Below, in pieces: positions 1-13,119 of a stretch of 64,000 nucleotides of DNA. The position numbers and the translations under genes were made by a program. Positions within the stretch are counted from its first letter, which is position 1, and the number at the start of each line of letters is the position of its first letter. Under the pieces are notes generated by a model that ran no database searches, had not been told where the DNA came from, and saw nothing but the letters and a program-made list of their open reading frames with translations. Origin of the DNA: Octopus vulgaris (Eukaryota); contig OX597834.1 of the NCBI GenBank assembly GCA_951406725.2, positions 30,628,001 to 30,692,000 of the forward strand, read 5' to 3'.

Positions 1-185
1 AGTATAAAGTAACACACACACATATATATATATATATCAAGACTCTCTCCTATCTCCAGTCGTAGAGAGGTTGTGTTCCTCCGGCCCTCAAATCTGACAA
101 GTACTAATGCCACTAAGTATTTTATCGGTGCAAAACCAATTGACAACAACCATTAAAGCATATGTGTGTGCATGTATATATACAT

Positions 186-216
<31 letters not shown>

Positions 217-304
217 GTTAATCCAAACATGAAAACACAACAACGCGAGGACGTGGAACAAATATAGTATTATTGGATGCTCAGGAAGGAAGGGAAGAAG
301 GAGG

Positions 305-339
305 GTTTAACGTTTCAAGCGGAGCTCTTCATCGGAAAC
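305..339 (-). ncRNA. Minimal hammerhead motif (U4C variant) in a Penelope-like terminus (about 220-425)
   Basis: Minus strand reads gttt CCGATGA a gagc-tcc-gctt GAAAC GT T aaac. The loopless palindromic stem III (AACGTT) is typical of dimerising Penelope hammerheads. Confidence 0.55.
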
Positions 340-1901
340 ATAGGAGAAGGAAAGATCCAGAGAAGGGAAGACAGAGGAAAAAAAAAAAAAAAAATCGCCA
401 ACAGTACACACGCGGTCACATTTTGAATGTATATACTGTAAGAAACGCATAAGATAATTTATTTTCAAATGCAGAAGGAGGTTCAATTTCTGAAGGGCCG
501 CTTAAATGGGGCCCCACTATTTTTACTGCATTTACCTTGCTCCTATGCTTATTGCAGGCATGTACTGTCAGTAATTACTGTCAGGGTAGACAGTTGGTGA
601 CATTTATGTAATTAAACACACAAAAACTAAGCAAAACACAGGCACGTGACTGAGTTGAAGGCAGATTTACTTCTGCTTTTATAACACGTAAAGAAAACAT
701 TGTTGTAGGAATGTACACAGCACATGTACTACAGCAGTTCTATGCATAGCTTAAATACTGAGATTGAAAAGCAGGGGAGAATTATGCCTGCCTGATCTAA
801 AAAAAAAAAAGAACATTTTACATTTTATGCATAATAATCAGACTGACCTTCATAATTTTATTGAATTAGGTGAATATTTTGCCACGATAGGAAACTGTTG
901 CTCTCAATCTATTTTATTGAAGGTAGGCAGTGCCTACCTTGTCCACCTAGGTGGCACGTCCCTGGCTTATTGATTAAACTATGATTCAGCACCAGTGCTT
1001 AGCACATTTGCAGCAATAAGTTTGGCCATTCTAAAAACCTTCTTCACCTACATTCAAATTGAGATAAAGAGTTATAACAGGTACTATTCAAGTTGTGTGA
1101 ATATTAATATTTTGTAGTTTATGAAACTTATATTTTGTGAGTTTTTAAACATTTTCATTGTTGTTTAACAAGTTATCCTACTGACTGAATAGACAATATC
1201 TGAAACACTGACCTGCAAAATAGTGATCTCCATAAAATGTTTTTCCATTTATCTTTTTAAAATCAGTACATTAGGATAAGATAGAGATATGGCTGCTATT
1301 TCTAGCATATGGAGTGACCCTATAAAAGCATCCTCTTTGGACAAGAGGTAAAGCTACTGTATGTCAAATGTGTGTGTGTGTGCGCATATTTTTATATATA
1401 TATGCGTAGCACTTTGGGTAGGGGCCTTCCACTATAGCCCCGAGCCGACCGGAGCTTTGTGATTGAATTCGGTAGGTGGAAGTTACTGCCGTGAGTGTAT
1501 GTGTGCGTATAGCTGCTCAGTGCCTCTCTGAAAGAGAGAGAGGGATATATATATATGTGTATGTGTGTGTGTGTATACATAAATAATACATTTATACACA
1601 AACGCACACATGTATATACATAAACACGCACACATACATAACTATAAATAAATACACACACAATTCTCATCTACCACCTTCGATTCACAATAATGAAGAT
1701 ACTTGCTCAAGGCGTTGAGCTGTTCGCGTGTGATGGTGGGGGAGCGGGTTACAGAAGCGGGCAAGTGTGGTTGCAAAGCGCGATATATCGTTTTTAACGG
1801 TGGGACTCGAAGTGGATAAAGCTATAGACAATAGCCTGTGAATATTTAGTTAAAAAATTTAGAAAAGGCCGAAGACTGCACTACTACTACTACTACTACT
1901 A

Positions 1902-2316
1902 CTCTTTTACTTGTTTCAGTCATTTGACTGCGGCCATGCTGGAGCACCGCCTTTAGTCGAGCAAATCGACCCCCGGGACTTATTCTTTGTAAGCCCAGTA
2001 CTTATTCTATCGGTATCTTTTTGCTGAACCGCTAAGTTACGGGGACGTAAACACACCAGCATCGGTTGTCAAGCAATGCTAGGGGGACAAACACAGACAC
2101 ACAAACATATACACACACACTTATATATATATATATATATATATACATATATACGACAGGCTTCTTTCAGTTTCCGTCTACCAAATCCACTCACAAGGCA
2201 TTGGTCGGCCCGGGGCTATAGCAGAAGACACTTGCCCAAGATGCCATGCAGTGGGACTGAACCCGGAACCATGTGGTTTGTTAGCAAGCTACTTACCACA
2301 CAGCCACTCCTGCGCC
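1902..2316 (-). mobile_element. tRNA-derived SINE family A, full length
   Basis: Head ggcgcaggagtggctgtgtggtaag (A-box-like) ... gggttcagtccc (B-box-like), internal (TA)n, tail gactgaaacaagtaaaagag; many copies in the window. Confidence 0.9.
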
Positions 2317-2627
2317 TACTACTACTACTACTACTACTATTATCATTATTATCATTATTATTATTATTTTATTATTATTTGTTTTTTATTAAGGCGGCGA
2401 GCTGGCAGAATGGTTAGCAGGTTGGGTAAAATGCTTAATGGCATTTCGTCCGTCCTTGCGGTCGGAGTTCGAATTCTGCCGGGGTCAACTTTGCTTTTCA
2501 TCTTTTCGGAGTCGATAAATTATTAAGTACCAGTGAAACACTGGAGTCGATGTAATTGACTAGTCCCCTCACCCAAAATTGCAGGCCTTGTGCCGAGAGT
2601 AGAAAGAATTACCATTATTATTATATC

Positions 2628-2783
2628 ATGGCTGTGTGGTAAGTAGCTTGCTAACCAACCACATGGTTCCGGGTTCAGTCCCACTGCGTGGCATCTTGGG
2701 CAAGTGTCTTCTGCTATAGCCCCGGGCCGACCAATGCCTTGTGAGTGGATTTGGTAGACGGAAACTGAAAGAAGCCTGTCGTA

Positions 2784-2836
<53 letters not shown>

Positions 2837-3043
2837 ATGTGTGTCTGTGTTTGTCCCCCTAGCATTGCTTGACAACCGATGCTGGTGTGTTTACGTCCCC
2901 GTAACTTAGCGGTTCGGCAAAAAGATACCGATAGAATAAGTACTGGGCTTACAAAAAGAATAAGTCCCAGGGTCGAGTTGCTCGACTAAAAGGCGGTGCT
3001 CCAGCATGGCCGCAGTCAAATGACTGAAACAAGTAAAAGAGTA
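2628..3043 (+). mobile_element. SINE family A, near full length
   Basis: Same consensus; inverted relative to 1902-2316. Confidence 0.9.
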
Positions 3044-3887
3044 ATACACAAAGCACGCCATTCAACCGGTTCACGCTTCGTCACGAAGCACGTGCTAGTT
3101 ATCTCATTCAACACGCACGCACAAGCTGACATAATAATCCAACATGTAGCGCTTACACACACAGACACACACACACATCTGTTAATATGAACACACACAC
3201 ACAAATACTCACTCTCACGCGCGCGATTACAATGCTTACCACACCCTCACATTTCTAGAGATTCTCTATGTGGTCGCTCAGGCCGCTAGAAATAGTAGTC
3301 AAGTCTCTAGCTCTGCCAATTGCACTGTATCGTTTTAAATAAGGATTTTTCAAAAAAGCATGTTCAATGATTCAGTCAGTTCTTAACATATCCAAGGAAA
3401 GGCAAGGTGGTCACTGTTGAAATCAACTGTTGGTCAGAATTCACCTCGAGTGGTTCTTTTACTGAATCGAGGTAAAACACCCACCCTTTTCTACTTGGGG
3501 GTAAAACATAACAGCAAAATGCTTAAAATGAACGACGGAGCACAAAACAGACATGTACAACATATATACACGAATTCTCACATACATATTTTTACGGTCA
3601 CTTTCACTAATCTGTCTGTGTGTGTATACGGACACATGTACAATATACATACAACTACTGCATGTATGCTATATAAACAGGCACAGATATACACACATGT
3701 ACGTATCTTGTGTGGCTAATAAAGAAACATATATATATACATATACACATATACAAATATATGTGTATAACATACATGTATACATGTTATACATCCACAC
3801 GTATTATAATGCATGCAAAAAAATTCTCTCTTCGCAATTTTTCCATTGTATTCACACAATCCACAAGCGCACACGTGTTTATGTGTG

Positions 3888-3928
<41 letters not shown>

Positions 3929-4008
3929 GTATATATATATATGTGTGTGTGTATGTATGTGTATATATAATATATATATATATGTGTGTGTGTGTGTGTA
4001 TGTATGTA

Positions 4009-4099
<91 letters not shown>

Positions 4100-5014
4100 T
4101 CACGATACATAGAAACCTGGTTGACAGCATGTGACAGATTTTTCGTTTTCGCTCCAGACAAAAAAAAAAAGCGCAGTTCTTACCGAAATACATCAATCTT
4201 CCTTTCTTCAATGAATGAACAAACCGGGTGGTGTGTGTAAGCGTGTGTGTGTGTGTGTGTGTGACCGCAGATGAATAAAGAGTGGAGGGGAGGGATAGCA
4301 GGAAGGAAGGCGAGAAGGATGATGAGAGAATGAGTGAAGTTTTGACGGGATATCAGCGCTGATGGTTGGTTGCAGGGGACTAAGGGCTCGTATGAATGGT
4401 TACTTTATAGGGTAGCAGCGGGGCGGTGGAGGGTTCCGTTCCTCGACAGACTGAAGTGTTGACAGATGAGGGGTTAGGGTGTGACAGGAGATAAAAAGAG
4501 GACACAGTAGAGTGGAAGGGTAATCACAGGGAAAGGGGCAGCAGGGGAAAGGAGAAGGGCGAGTGAATGAATAGATGGATGGATGGATAATAGATATTAT
4601 ATACACAGACGCGCGAGCAGGGGTGGCAATAGGGTGTAGAAGTGTAGTCAGAAGGAGAAAATGGGACAGTTTAAATGTGTCTATTTCTTTCACTTGTGTG
4701 TGAAACTACACAAACGAAAGAGCAGTCAATACGTTCGTATACATACACACAAATATGTTTGAATAATTCTGTTCAGTACGGCCTCAGATTCAAAACCTAA
4801 CGTGTTTGAGACATCTATACACACACACACACACTTCATATGAAACATGTATACGTGTGTGTGTGTGTGTGTGTGTGTGTACACGCATACGTGTATGTAT
4901 ACTGTTAAATTTATTTTTAAGGTTTGGTCTCTAGGAACGAGGTTCGTCCCAAGTCTTCCAAAGTCACTATGACCTCAGCAAGGTCCACCCCATTAACATT
5001 TGTCAGAAACAGCT

Positions 5015-5183
5015 GGAGTGGCTGTGTGGTAAGTAGCTTGTTTACCAACCACATGGTTCCGGGTTCAGTCCCACTGCGTGGCACCTTGGGCAAGTGTCTT
5101 CTGCTATAGCCCCGGGCCGACCAAAGCCTTATGAGTGGATTTGGTAGACGGAAACTGAAAGAAGCCCGTCGTATATATGTATG

Positions 5184-5235
<52 letters not shown>

Positions 5236-5308
5236 TATGTATATATATATATACATATATACGACGGGCTTCTTTCAGTTTCCGTCTACCAAATCCACTC
5301 ACAAGGCT

Positions 5309-5356
<48 letters not shown>

Positions 5357-5547
5357 TGTGTGTGTTTGTCCCCCTAGCATTGCTTGACAACCGATGCTGG
5401 TGTGTTAATGTCCCCGTTACTTAGCGGTTCGGCAAAAGAGACTGATAGAATAAGTACTGGGCTTACAAAAGAATGAGTCCCAGATGTCGAGTTGCTTGAT
5501 TAAAGGCGGTGCTCCAGCATGGCCGCAGTCAAATGACTAAAAAGAGT
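5015..5547 (+). mobile_element. SINE family A with an internal inverted duplication
   Basis: Family consensus interrupted by a reverse-complement copy of its own middle segment (about 5255-5309). Confidence 0.9.
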
Positions 5548-5926
5548 ATGGGCAAAGGTGAGTGGGTGTTGGGGGAGAATTCCTGGGTGTCGATGTTCCC
5601 TTTACAAGAGAATCACACACAGTGGTTTCTATGTATGGGTGAGGAGAGGCGTCAGAGGTGACGAAAGGAGCAGAGATTAGGTTAGTCAGATGAGCCTGGA
5701 TCAGAGCTGGAACAAAAGTGACCATCTCCGAAGACTGGACTGCTAACAAGTTCACTTCCTAACCACATGCTTCAGAGTTCCATCCCGCTGCATGGCACCT
5801 CGACCCAACCAAAGCTTTGTGAGTGGATTTGGTAGATGAGAACTGAAACAATCTCGTTGTGCACATATGTATGCCAGCATGGAAAACAGACGTTAAATGA
5901 TGATGATGATGATGTGTGTATATATG

Positions 5927-6085
5927 CAGGAGTGGCTGTGTGGTAAGTAGCTTGCTTACCAACCACATGGTTCCGGGTTCAGTCCCACTGCGTGGCACCT
6001 TGGGCAAGTGTCTTCTACTATAGCCTCGAGCCGACCAAAGCCTTGTGAGTGGATTTGGTAGACGGAAACTGAAAGAAGCCCATCG

Positions 6086-6117
<32 letters not shown>

Positions 6118-6318
6118 CGTGTCTATGTTTCTCCCCCCAACATCGCTTGACAACCGATACTGGTGTGTTTACGTTGCCGTCACTTAGCGGTTCGGCAAAA
6201 GCGACCGATAGAATAAGTACTAGGCTTACAAAGAATAAGTCCTGGGGTCGATTTGCTCGACTAAAAAGGTGGTGCTCCAGCATGGCCATAGTCAAATGAC
6301 TGAAACAAATAAAAGAGT
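5927..6318 (+). mobile_element. SINE family A, full length
   Basis: Family consensus from head to tail. Confidence 0.9.
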
Positions 6319-6833
6319 AAAGGAGTACACATGTATCCATGTCTTTTTGTGTCCTCAACCATCAACTGACAACCAGTGTTGGTGTGTTTACATCCCCGTA
6401 ACTTAGCAGCTCAGCGAAACAGATTGATACAATAAATACCAGGCACTAACAAAAAAGGACTGGGGTCAATTTAGTTGACTAAAAATTCTTCGAAGCAGTG
6501 CCCCAGCATGGGCACAGTCGAATGACTGAAACAAACAAAAGATAAAAGAAAAGATGGGGAGAGGAGTGAGAAGGTTGGGGGTGAGTGTCCAACAGTTGGC
6601 TGACCAGTTTTGCTTTGTCCTTTCCTTCAGTTCACATATGATGTTGGACATCATGTGAGATGCTGGAGTCTGGGATGGGGAAGAATTCCATTGTAGGAAA
6701 TCGCTTCAGTTTTGTAATGGGTTATGATTTGAGTATTTTTAGCAAGGGTGTGAGATCCCCAGAGGGAATTCTAGCAAGGATGAGGTCTAACTTTTTTAAG
6801 ATGTGTGTGGATAGAGAGAGAGAGAAATAAAAA

Positions 6834-7190
6834 TCTCTATATATATAAACGGCAAAATGTCTGTGTGTGTCCTTTATACAAATCCACAAATTTTCAGTTA
6901 GAGGGCTCGCACTTTGTATGGTCATTCAAAACCGTCCAAGGGTGGTCGTGCACATCTTTACATTTCCCCAGTTACCCCACAAAGCCATTAAAAATCAACA
7001 GAAGTGACCTTTTTGTGAATTTTCTATCCAAAACCTAATCAAAATGCCCGAAACTTGATACGCCAATTGAATGCCAGCTAGCTGTATGTGATTGGTCGGA
7101 GATTTGGACAGTACTCGCGAGTATGTGTGCACACAGCTGTATATGCATGCACTAGCACTATGACCCAGCGTTGCTGGGTCATAGTGCTAG
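6834..7190 (+). mobile_element. Non-autonomous Helitron
   Basis: A|TC 5' end (tctctatatatataaac), 3' GC-rich hairpin, CTAG|T 3' end, no TSD: Helitron hallmarks. Confidence 0.8.
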
Positions 7191-9419
7191 TAGTTGAATA
7201 AAATTTGATCAAAAACCTAGTATGCTATACAAAGCTTGTCCCCAGACAGACAAACATGCAGACAGACAGGTGCAGGCATAGCTGTATGGTTATGAAGTTT
7301 GATCCCTAGACATTGTTTTGTCCCACTGGTTCAATCGCCCAGTGTGGCACCTTGGTCAAATGTCTTCCACTATAGCCCCAGGCCAACCAAAGCCTTGTAA
7401 GTGGAGTTAGTTAACAAAAGCTGAAAAAAGCTTGTTGTGTATGTGTGTGCATGTATGATACATGCATGTTGGTGTCTCTTAACATTGCTTGACAGTTGTA
7501 AATGAGTGTCACTGTCATACAAGCAGTGTTGTTCATTCCCAGTGTCCTCAATATCCTAAAGCATTCTAATGCTGTAGTTAATGAACAGGGACCATAACCG
7601 CCTGAAAAGTGCCGACTGAGAATGCTAACCATATGGTCCCTGTTAGTGTATATGTTTTCATTCATGTGCATTAGCTAGAGCGTTAGAGCATTTTAGCTCT
7701 TATTTCTAGCAATGTAAGTGTTTCTTAACACCCTACTTGCATTTAGTGACATTTGTAGTTCTCCATTTTGATGAAACATTGTAAACAAAAGTTCATATTG
7801 ATTTTATACACACGCCTTACATATATATATGAGAGAGAGACAGACAGACAGACATGATGATTCCTTCAGTTTCCATCTAAACAATTTCACTCCCAAGGTA
7901 ATGGTCATCCCACAGCTACAGGACAGAGGACAGCAGCTGATAATGTCCACACAGTGGAACTGAACTCTTGACCACACAGCCATGCCTGCACATATACTGA
8001 AGAATATTTCCAAGATCTCTGCTCACAGAGTTAGTACAGGTTTGGTGTGTGAGCTCTGGGCTGCATATGGACTACATCTGCACGGGTGGATAGCACAGAG
8101 GAGAGGGTGGTGATGTATAGGGGGAAGAGAAGGGGAATGGAAATGGAACCTTGAAGCAGACTACACACACACACACACGCATATATACAGACATATATAC
8201 ATGAGTGTGAATGATGCAAAGAAAGAAAGTATGGGAGATCAATACAGGTTCATTTAAGTATATGACTTCCAAAGGATTACAATCATTTATGTTATACTTC
8301 TTTGTAATTAATTACTATGAGGACTGATAGCCAAGTCTGTAGGAGGAGCTTACTGTGATAACTGCAGGACTCTCTGAATCTATATCTTACACATGCGTGT
8401 TTATGTGCTAACAGATATAAAATAATGATTAAGCAAAACAGGGGTGTGTGTGTATGTATACACATACACGCACGAACATATATACACACACACAGATTTA
8501 TACATACATGTGTATGTGTGTACAAATACGTGTATATATGTTTATTGATGTAATGATTAAACAAAATGAGTGTGTGTGTGTACCAATATAGATAACGTAA
8601 CCTTATTATATAAGCATGTGTGTGCGTGTATGTACATATATAAATACACACACACACACGTGCTCACTGATATAAAATAATGACTGAGCAAAATTGAAGA
8701 GTGTGTGTGTATATATACACTCATATACATGTGTGTGTAAACATATATATTTATAATGTATGCGTGTGTATGTATCTATATAATGTATGCAAATATTAAT
8801 AATTGTTAAATTTCTAAATAATATTAATTAATATATGTATTGGATTAAGTCTTTCTTTGTTTGATTTGCATAATAGTGGTTTTGTCTCTAATTTAATATA
8901 ATATATATTAAAGAGAGAGAGAGAGAGAGAAGAAAAGATATGTGTATAAAATAAGTGTATGTATGTGTAATATATAATGTATCTACTTAACAATCTCTAT
9001 CAGCCGAAATTGCGAGGATGATCCGGTTCTTGACTGAAGATTAGAGGCTTCGAATGACCCGTCTTTTTTTTTGTGTTGTCTCTTTGAGTGTTTTGCGTTC
9101 TTGTCCCATTTTGTATTTTTATATATATTTTTTATACACATATATATATATATATATATACATATATAAGTAGTTGAATGAATTATCTTAGTATGGATAA
9201 TTCGGTTAACCAATACCTGGGTAGCAAATTCAGGTCAGAAAAACACGGGTGAAGCTACATGCCAAGGGCAGAGATCACGTGCTTTCGTGTAGAAATTTAT
9301 GTTTTTTTTAATACAAATAAAGAAAGAATGGAGTTGAATGACGATTTAACAAAATTCCTTTATTCTCGACATATGTTTCAAAGGCTGCATATTCGTCGTT
9401 CAACTCCATTCTTTCTTTC

Positions 9420-9459
<40 letters not shown>

Positions 9460-9718
9460 TATATATAATTTGCGGTGGTGTATATATGTATGTATATATG
9501 TATATATATATATGTACACACACACATTATGTGGGTGATATTTTCAACTGAGACATTACAATCCTATCTGGTTCTTCAACTGCTTCAATTCTGTGTATTT
9601 ACCAGAATGCTGACATTTATTAATGGCTATCTCCATTGCGCTGGTGTGCCATTTTCTATCGTTAATAAAACTGTTGGCAAAAATGCCGACACGGGTCTGC
9701 CGGTTCTTATGTAATTAC

Positions 9719-9807
9719 CTTGTTGGCTCTTCAACTTTCTCTTTTGCAGTGACATCAAAATCAACTTTCTTCACAGCTGGTCTAACAGCTCTTTCTTCAT
9801 GTTCCTG
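9719..9807 (-). CDS. Candidate exon QEHEERAVRPAVKKVDFDVTAKEKVEEPT(R) (phase 0-2)
   Basis: Pyrimidine-rich NAGNAG acceptor tgttatcttccag|cag|gaa; donor AG|gtaatt; the other two frames contain stops; charged, protein-like composition. Confidence 0.65.
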
Positions 9808-11362
9808 CTGGAAGATAACAATCAAAGATAGAATATTATTTAAACAGTCTTGAAAATAAATAATCTCTCTCTCTCTATCACACACACAAGAATCACAATA
9901 ACACCATTGTACACAAAATCCAATAAAACAATTTCTTTAGTCTGTACTCAACAGTAGGCATGGCATGTATGTATACACACATAAATTTGTATCTCTATCC
10001 CACCCTCTCTCTCAACACATACACACATATAGATGGATAAATGGAGAGATAAAGAGACAGATATATGGATAAATATACAAACTTATTTTGTATACATGTG
10101 TAAAAATATTTACATATACGCTCACATATACATCATATCTTTACACATATGTACAAAATGCACAGAATGGATATATATTTATATACATACATGCAAACAC
10201 ATGCATGCATTACGTGTGTATGTATGTATATATATATATATACACTCACACTGAATGTATACATCTGTGTGTGTGTATATATGTTCACAGACCACAGATA
10301 CTTTTACAGATATATATATATATAAACATGAATATAAAAATTAAAAAAAGACAAACCAACCCAATGAAAACTGAACCCTCATTTCTTAACCACTCAACTG
10401 CAAAATACTTTCTTTTAAATAAACCTAAACTCCATAACTACAAGAAATTTTGTTGAGATTCGAAAACCTAGCTTCATGGATATATATTTCTATGTACAAA
10501 CTCTTCCATTTTCTTCCAGTAATCAATCCAGTCTTTCATAACACTGCACCAGAAATTTCTGTTTCCCATGATCTTCCATAGATCTTAAACTATCTTGTGT
10601 TTTGTCTACCAATAACACTGACTTCAGTTGAGTGGTGGTGTTTCTAGTATTAGGGATACAAAAATGAACATCTTCAGCATCTTTTAATGTCAGCTTTGCC
10701 ATGCTTGCATGGATCAGACAGAATTCATTGAAATGTATCCTGTATATATTTATTTACTGCCCACAAGGGGCTAAACATAGAGGGGACAAACAAGGACAGA
10801 CAAAGGGATTAAGTCGATTACATCGACCCCAGTTGGAAACTGGCACAAGGCCAGCAATTTTAGGGAGAAGGGGGAAGTCAGTTACAGCAACCCTCAGTGT
10901 GTGACTGGTACTTTATTTATTGACCCCAAAAGGATGAAAGGCAAAGTTGACCTCGGCGGAATTTGAACTCGGAACGTAACGGCAGACGAAATACGGCTAC
11001 GCATTTCGCCCGGCGTGCTAATGTTTCTGCCAGCTCGCCACCTGTATAGCCAGATACCATTCCTGTCACCAATCCTCACCAGCAGTTTCCAAGCAAGGGG
11101 ATATTCCCTTCCACGGCCAGACATGCTTCCACGATAGATTGCTTGAATGACATTGACACTCATCTACAAATATCATGCAATATCAAGACAAGTAAGCACA
11201 CACACACACACATGGACACACACAGGGCTTCTTTCAGTTTCTGTCAACCAAATTCACAACAATTTGGTTGGCCTGAAATTGCAGTAGTCTAAGTAGAATG
11301 CACTTGAACGAGGTACCTCACAGTGAAATTGAACCCAGAACCATGCGGTTGAAAAGCAAACA

Positions 11363-11673
11363 TCATAACCACACCCTCACAATATTCTGGAGGGTCTCCA
11401 AAATACAATGACTGATGCATGGCTTGTTGCTTAGTACAAAAGCAGTAGCCAGACAAGACCATCCCTGATGAGCAATAATAGAAAGGATGGAAGGAACGTG
11501 TCTGTAAATCTGTCTCCTTGGTCTTGGGCTCGTGCCATCAGTTGAGCTTTCATGGGAAGCGTATGTACCAGCATCAGAACGTTCTTGCAGGTTCTTCTTT
11601 ATGGCCCAAATCTCAAGAGAAAGCCTGCTGACTTGGTCCAATATACAGCTTGGCACCAGCATCATCATCGATG
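11363..11673 (-). other. Unique-sequence island with an acceptor and an open frame (ASMMMLVPSCILDQVSRLSLEIWAIKKNLQERSDAG...); possible exon, donor uncertain
   Basis: Good acceptor ctgttctgtctctttgcattttaaccacag|; one frame stays open for more than 100 codons. Several possible donors, none decisive. Confidence 0.35.
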
Positions 11674-11797
11674 CTGTGGTTAAAATGCAAAGAGACAGAA
11701 CAGGCACCACAAATAATAATGGTTTAAAACCAGCAATTCTAAGGAGGGGGGGATAGTCGACCAGATCGACCCCAGTATGTAACTGGTACTTATTTTA

Positions 11798-12025
11798 AAG
11801 GCGGCGAGCTGGCAGAAACGTTAGCACGCCAGGCGAAATGCTTTGCAGTAATTCGTCTGCCGCTACGTTCAAATTCCGCCGAGGTCGACTTTGCCTTTCA
11901 TCCTTTCGGGGTCGATTAAATAAGTACCAGTTACGTACTGGGGTCGATATAATCGACTTAATCCGTTTATCTGTCCTTGTTTGTCCTTTCTGTGTTTAGC
12001 CCCTTGTGGGTAGTAAAGAAATAGG
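11798..12025 (+). mobile_element. tRNA-derived SINE family B
   Basis: aaggcggcgagctggcagaaacgttagc...gttcaaattcc...gactttgcctttcatcctttcggggtcga...gtaaagaaataggt. Further copies at 2391-2610, 10750-11040(-), 14893-15030(-), 27470-27900(-), 60668-61260. Confidence 0.9.
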
Positions 12026-13088
12026 TACTTATTTTATCAACCCTGGAGGAATGAAATGCAAAGTTGGACTTTTGAACTCAGAAAGTGAAAAAGCAGAAAG
12101 AATTGCTGCTAAGCATTGTGTCTGGCATCGTCATAATCTTTTTTCCTATGGGAACAAGGCCAGAAAATTTGAGAGAATGGGGACAGTCGATTACATTGAC
12201 CCCAGTGTGCAGCTGGTACTTATTTCATTGACCCTGAAAGGATAAAAGGCAAAGACGTTGTCGGAGGAATTTGAACACAGAATGTATAGATTCAGAAGAA
12301 AAGATGCTCTGCATTTCGTCTGATGCTCTACCAATTCTACCAGCTCACCACCTTCTGAAACCATCAATAATAATAATTGTTTCTCACACATGGCACAAAA
12401 CAACAAAAGAAGAAAAGCAAAAGTCTTCTGTCAACAATTCAATGACAAAACAATAACGATACAAAATATAACAACAACAACAGTAATAACAATGAACCCA
12501 GCAACGGCCTCAATCATTAGAGGCCTTTAGGTGGTTGTTCGACGTGCTAGAAATAACAGCCAAATTTCTTCCCTCATCCGGTGGTGGTCGAGTGGTGTTA
12601 GTACAATGGTAGTGGGAGATGTTGTGTAAGCCTGGTGTTAGTGCAGTGGTGCTGCTGGGATAGTAGCGGTGCTGGTACAGTGGTGTGGTGTGGTGCTAGG
12701 CTAGGTGTTGTGACGATAGTGGTGGCATTACACAACCCACCTTTAAAAAAATGGTGGGGTTACACTGGATATGAAGATAACCAGATGACTAGATAGATAG
12801 TGTGAAATAAAAACTTTATGGTCACGGCTGGAAATACCTTTGATCCTGTAGGCCTATTAATCTAGAACTCGCCTGGGGCTAAACAACCACAGCAGTAACA
12901 ACAACATTATTAGCATCAAACGGATTTCAAACACAAGTCTTGTTTTGCTCTCCCAGAACACACACACAGACACACACTACAGAATGCACAGACTCATAAA
13001 AAACACACACTACTGTGTACAAACGACAACATATACACATACATACGCAATACAATTTACATAACAAAATGTACATACACACTCTCGA

Positions 13089-13119
<31 letters not shown>

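Noticed and set aside
94-145. CTGACAA...CAAAAC possible decayed hammerhead
   Set aside because: Both catalytic segments are mutated and stem I is not evident; too degenerate to call.
2076-2865. Recurrent 'MLGGQTQTH...[31 protein letters not shown]' ORFs (also 5759, 28735, 58387)
   Set aside because: Antisense translation of SINE family A, not a gene family.
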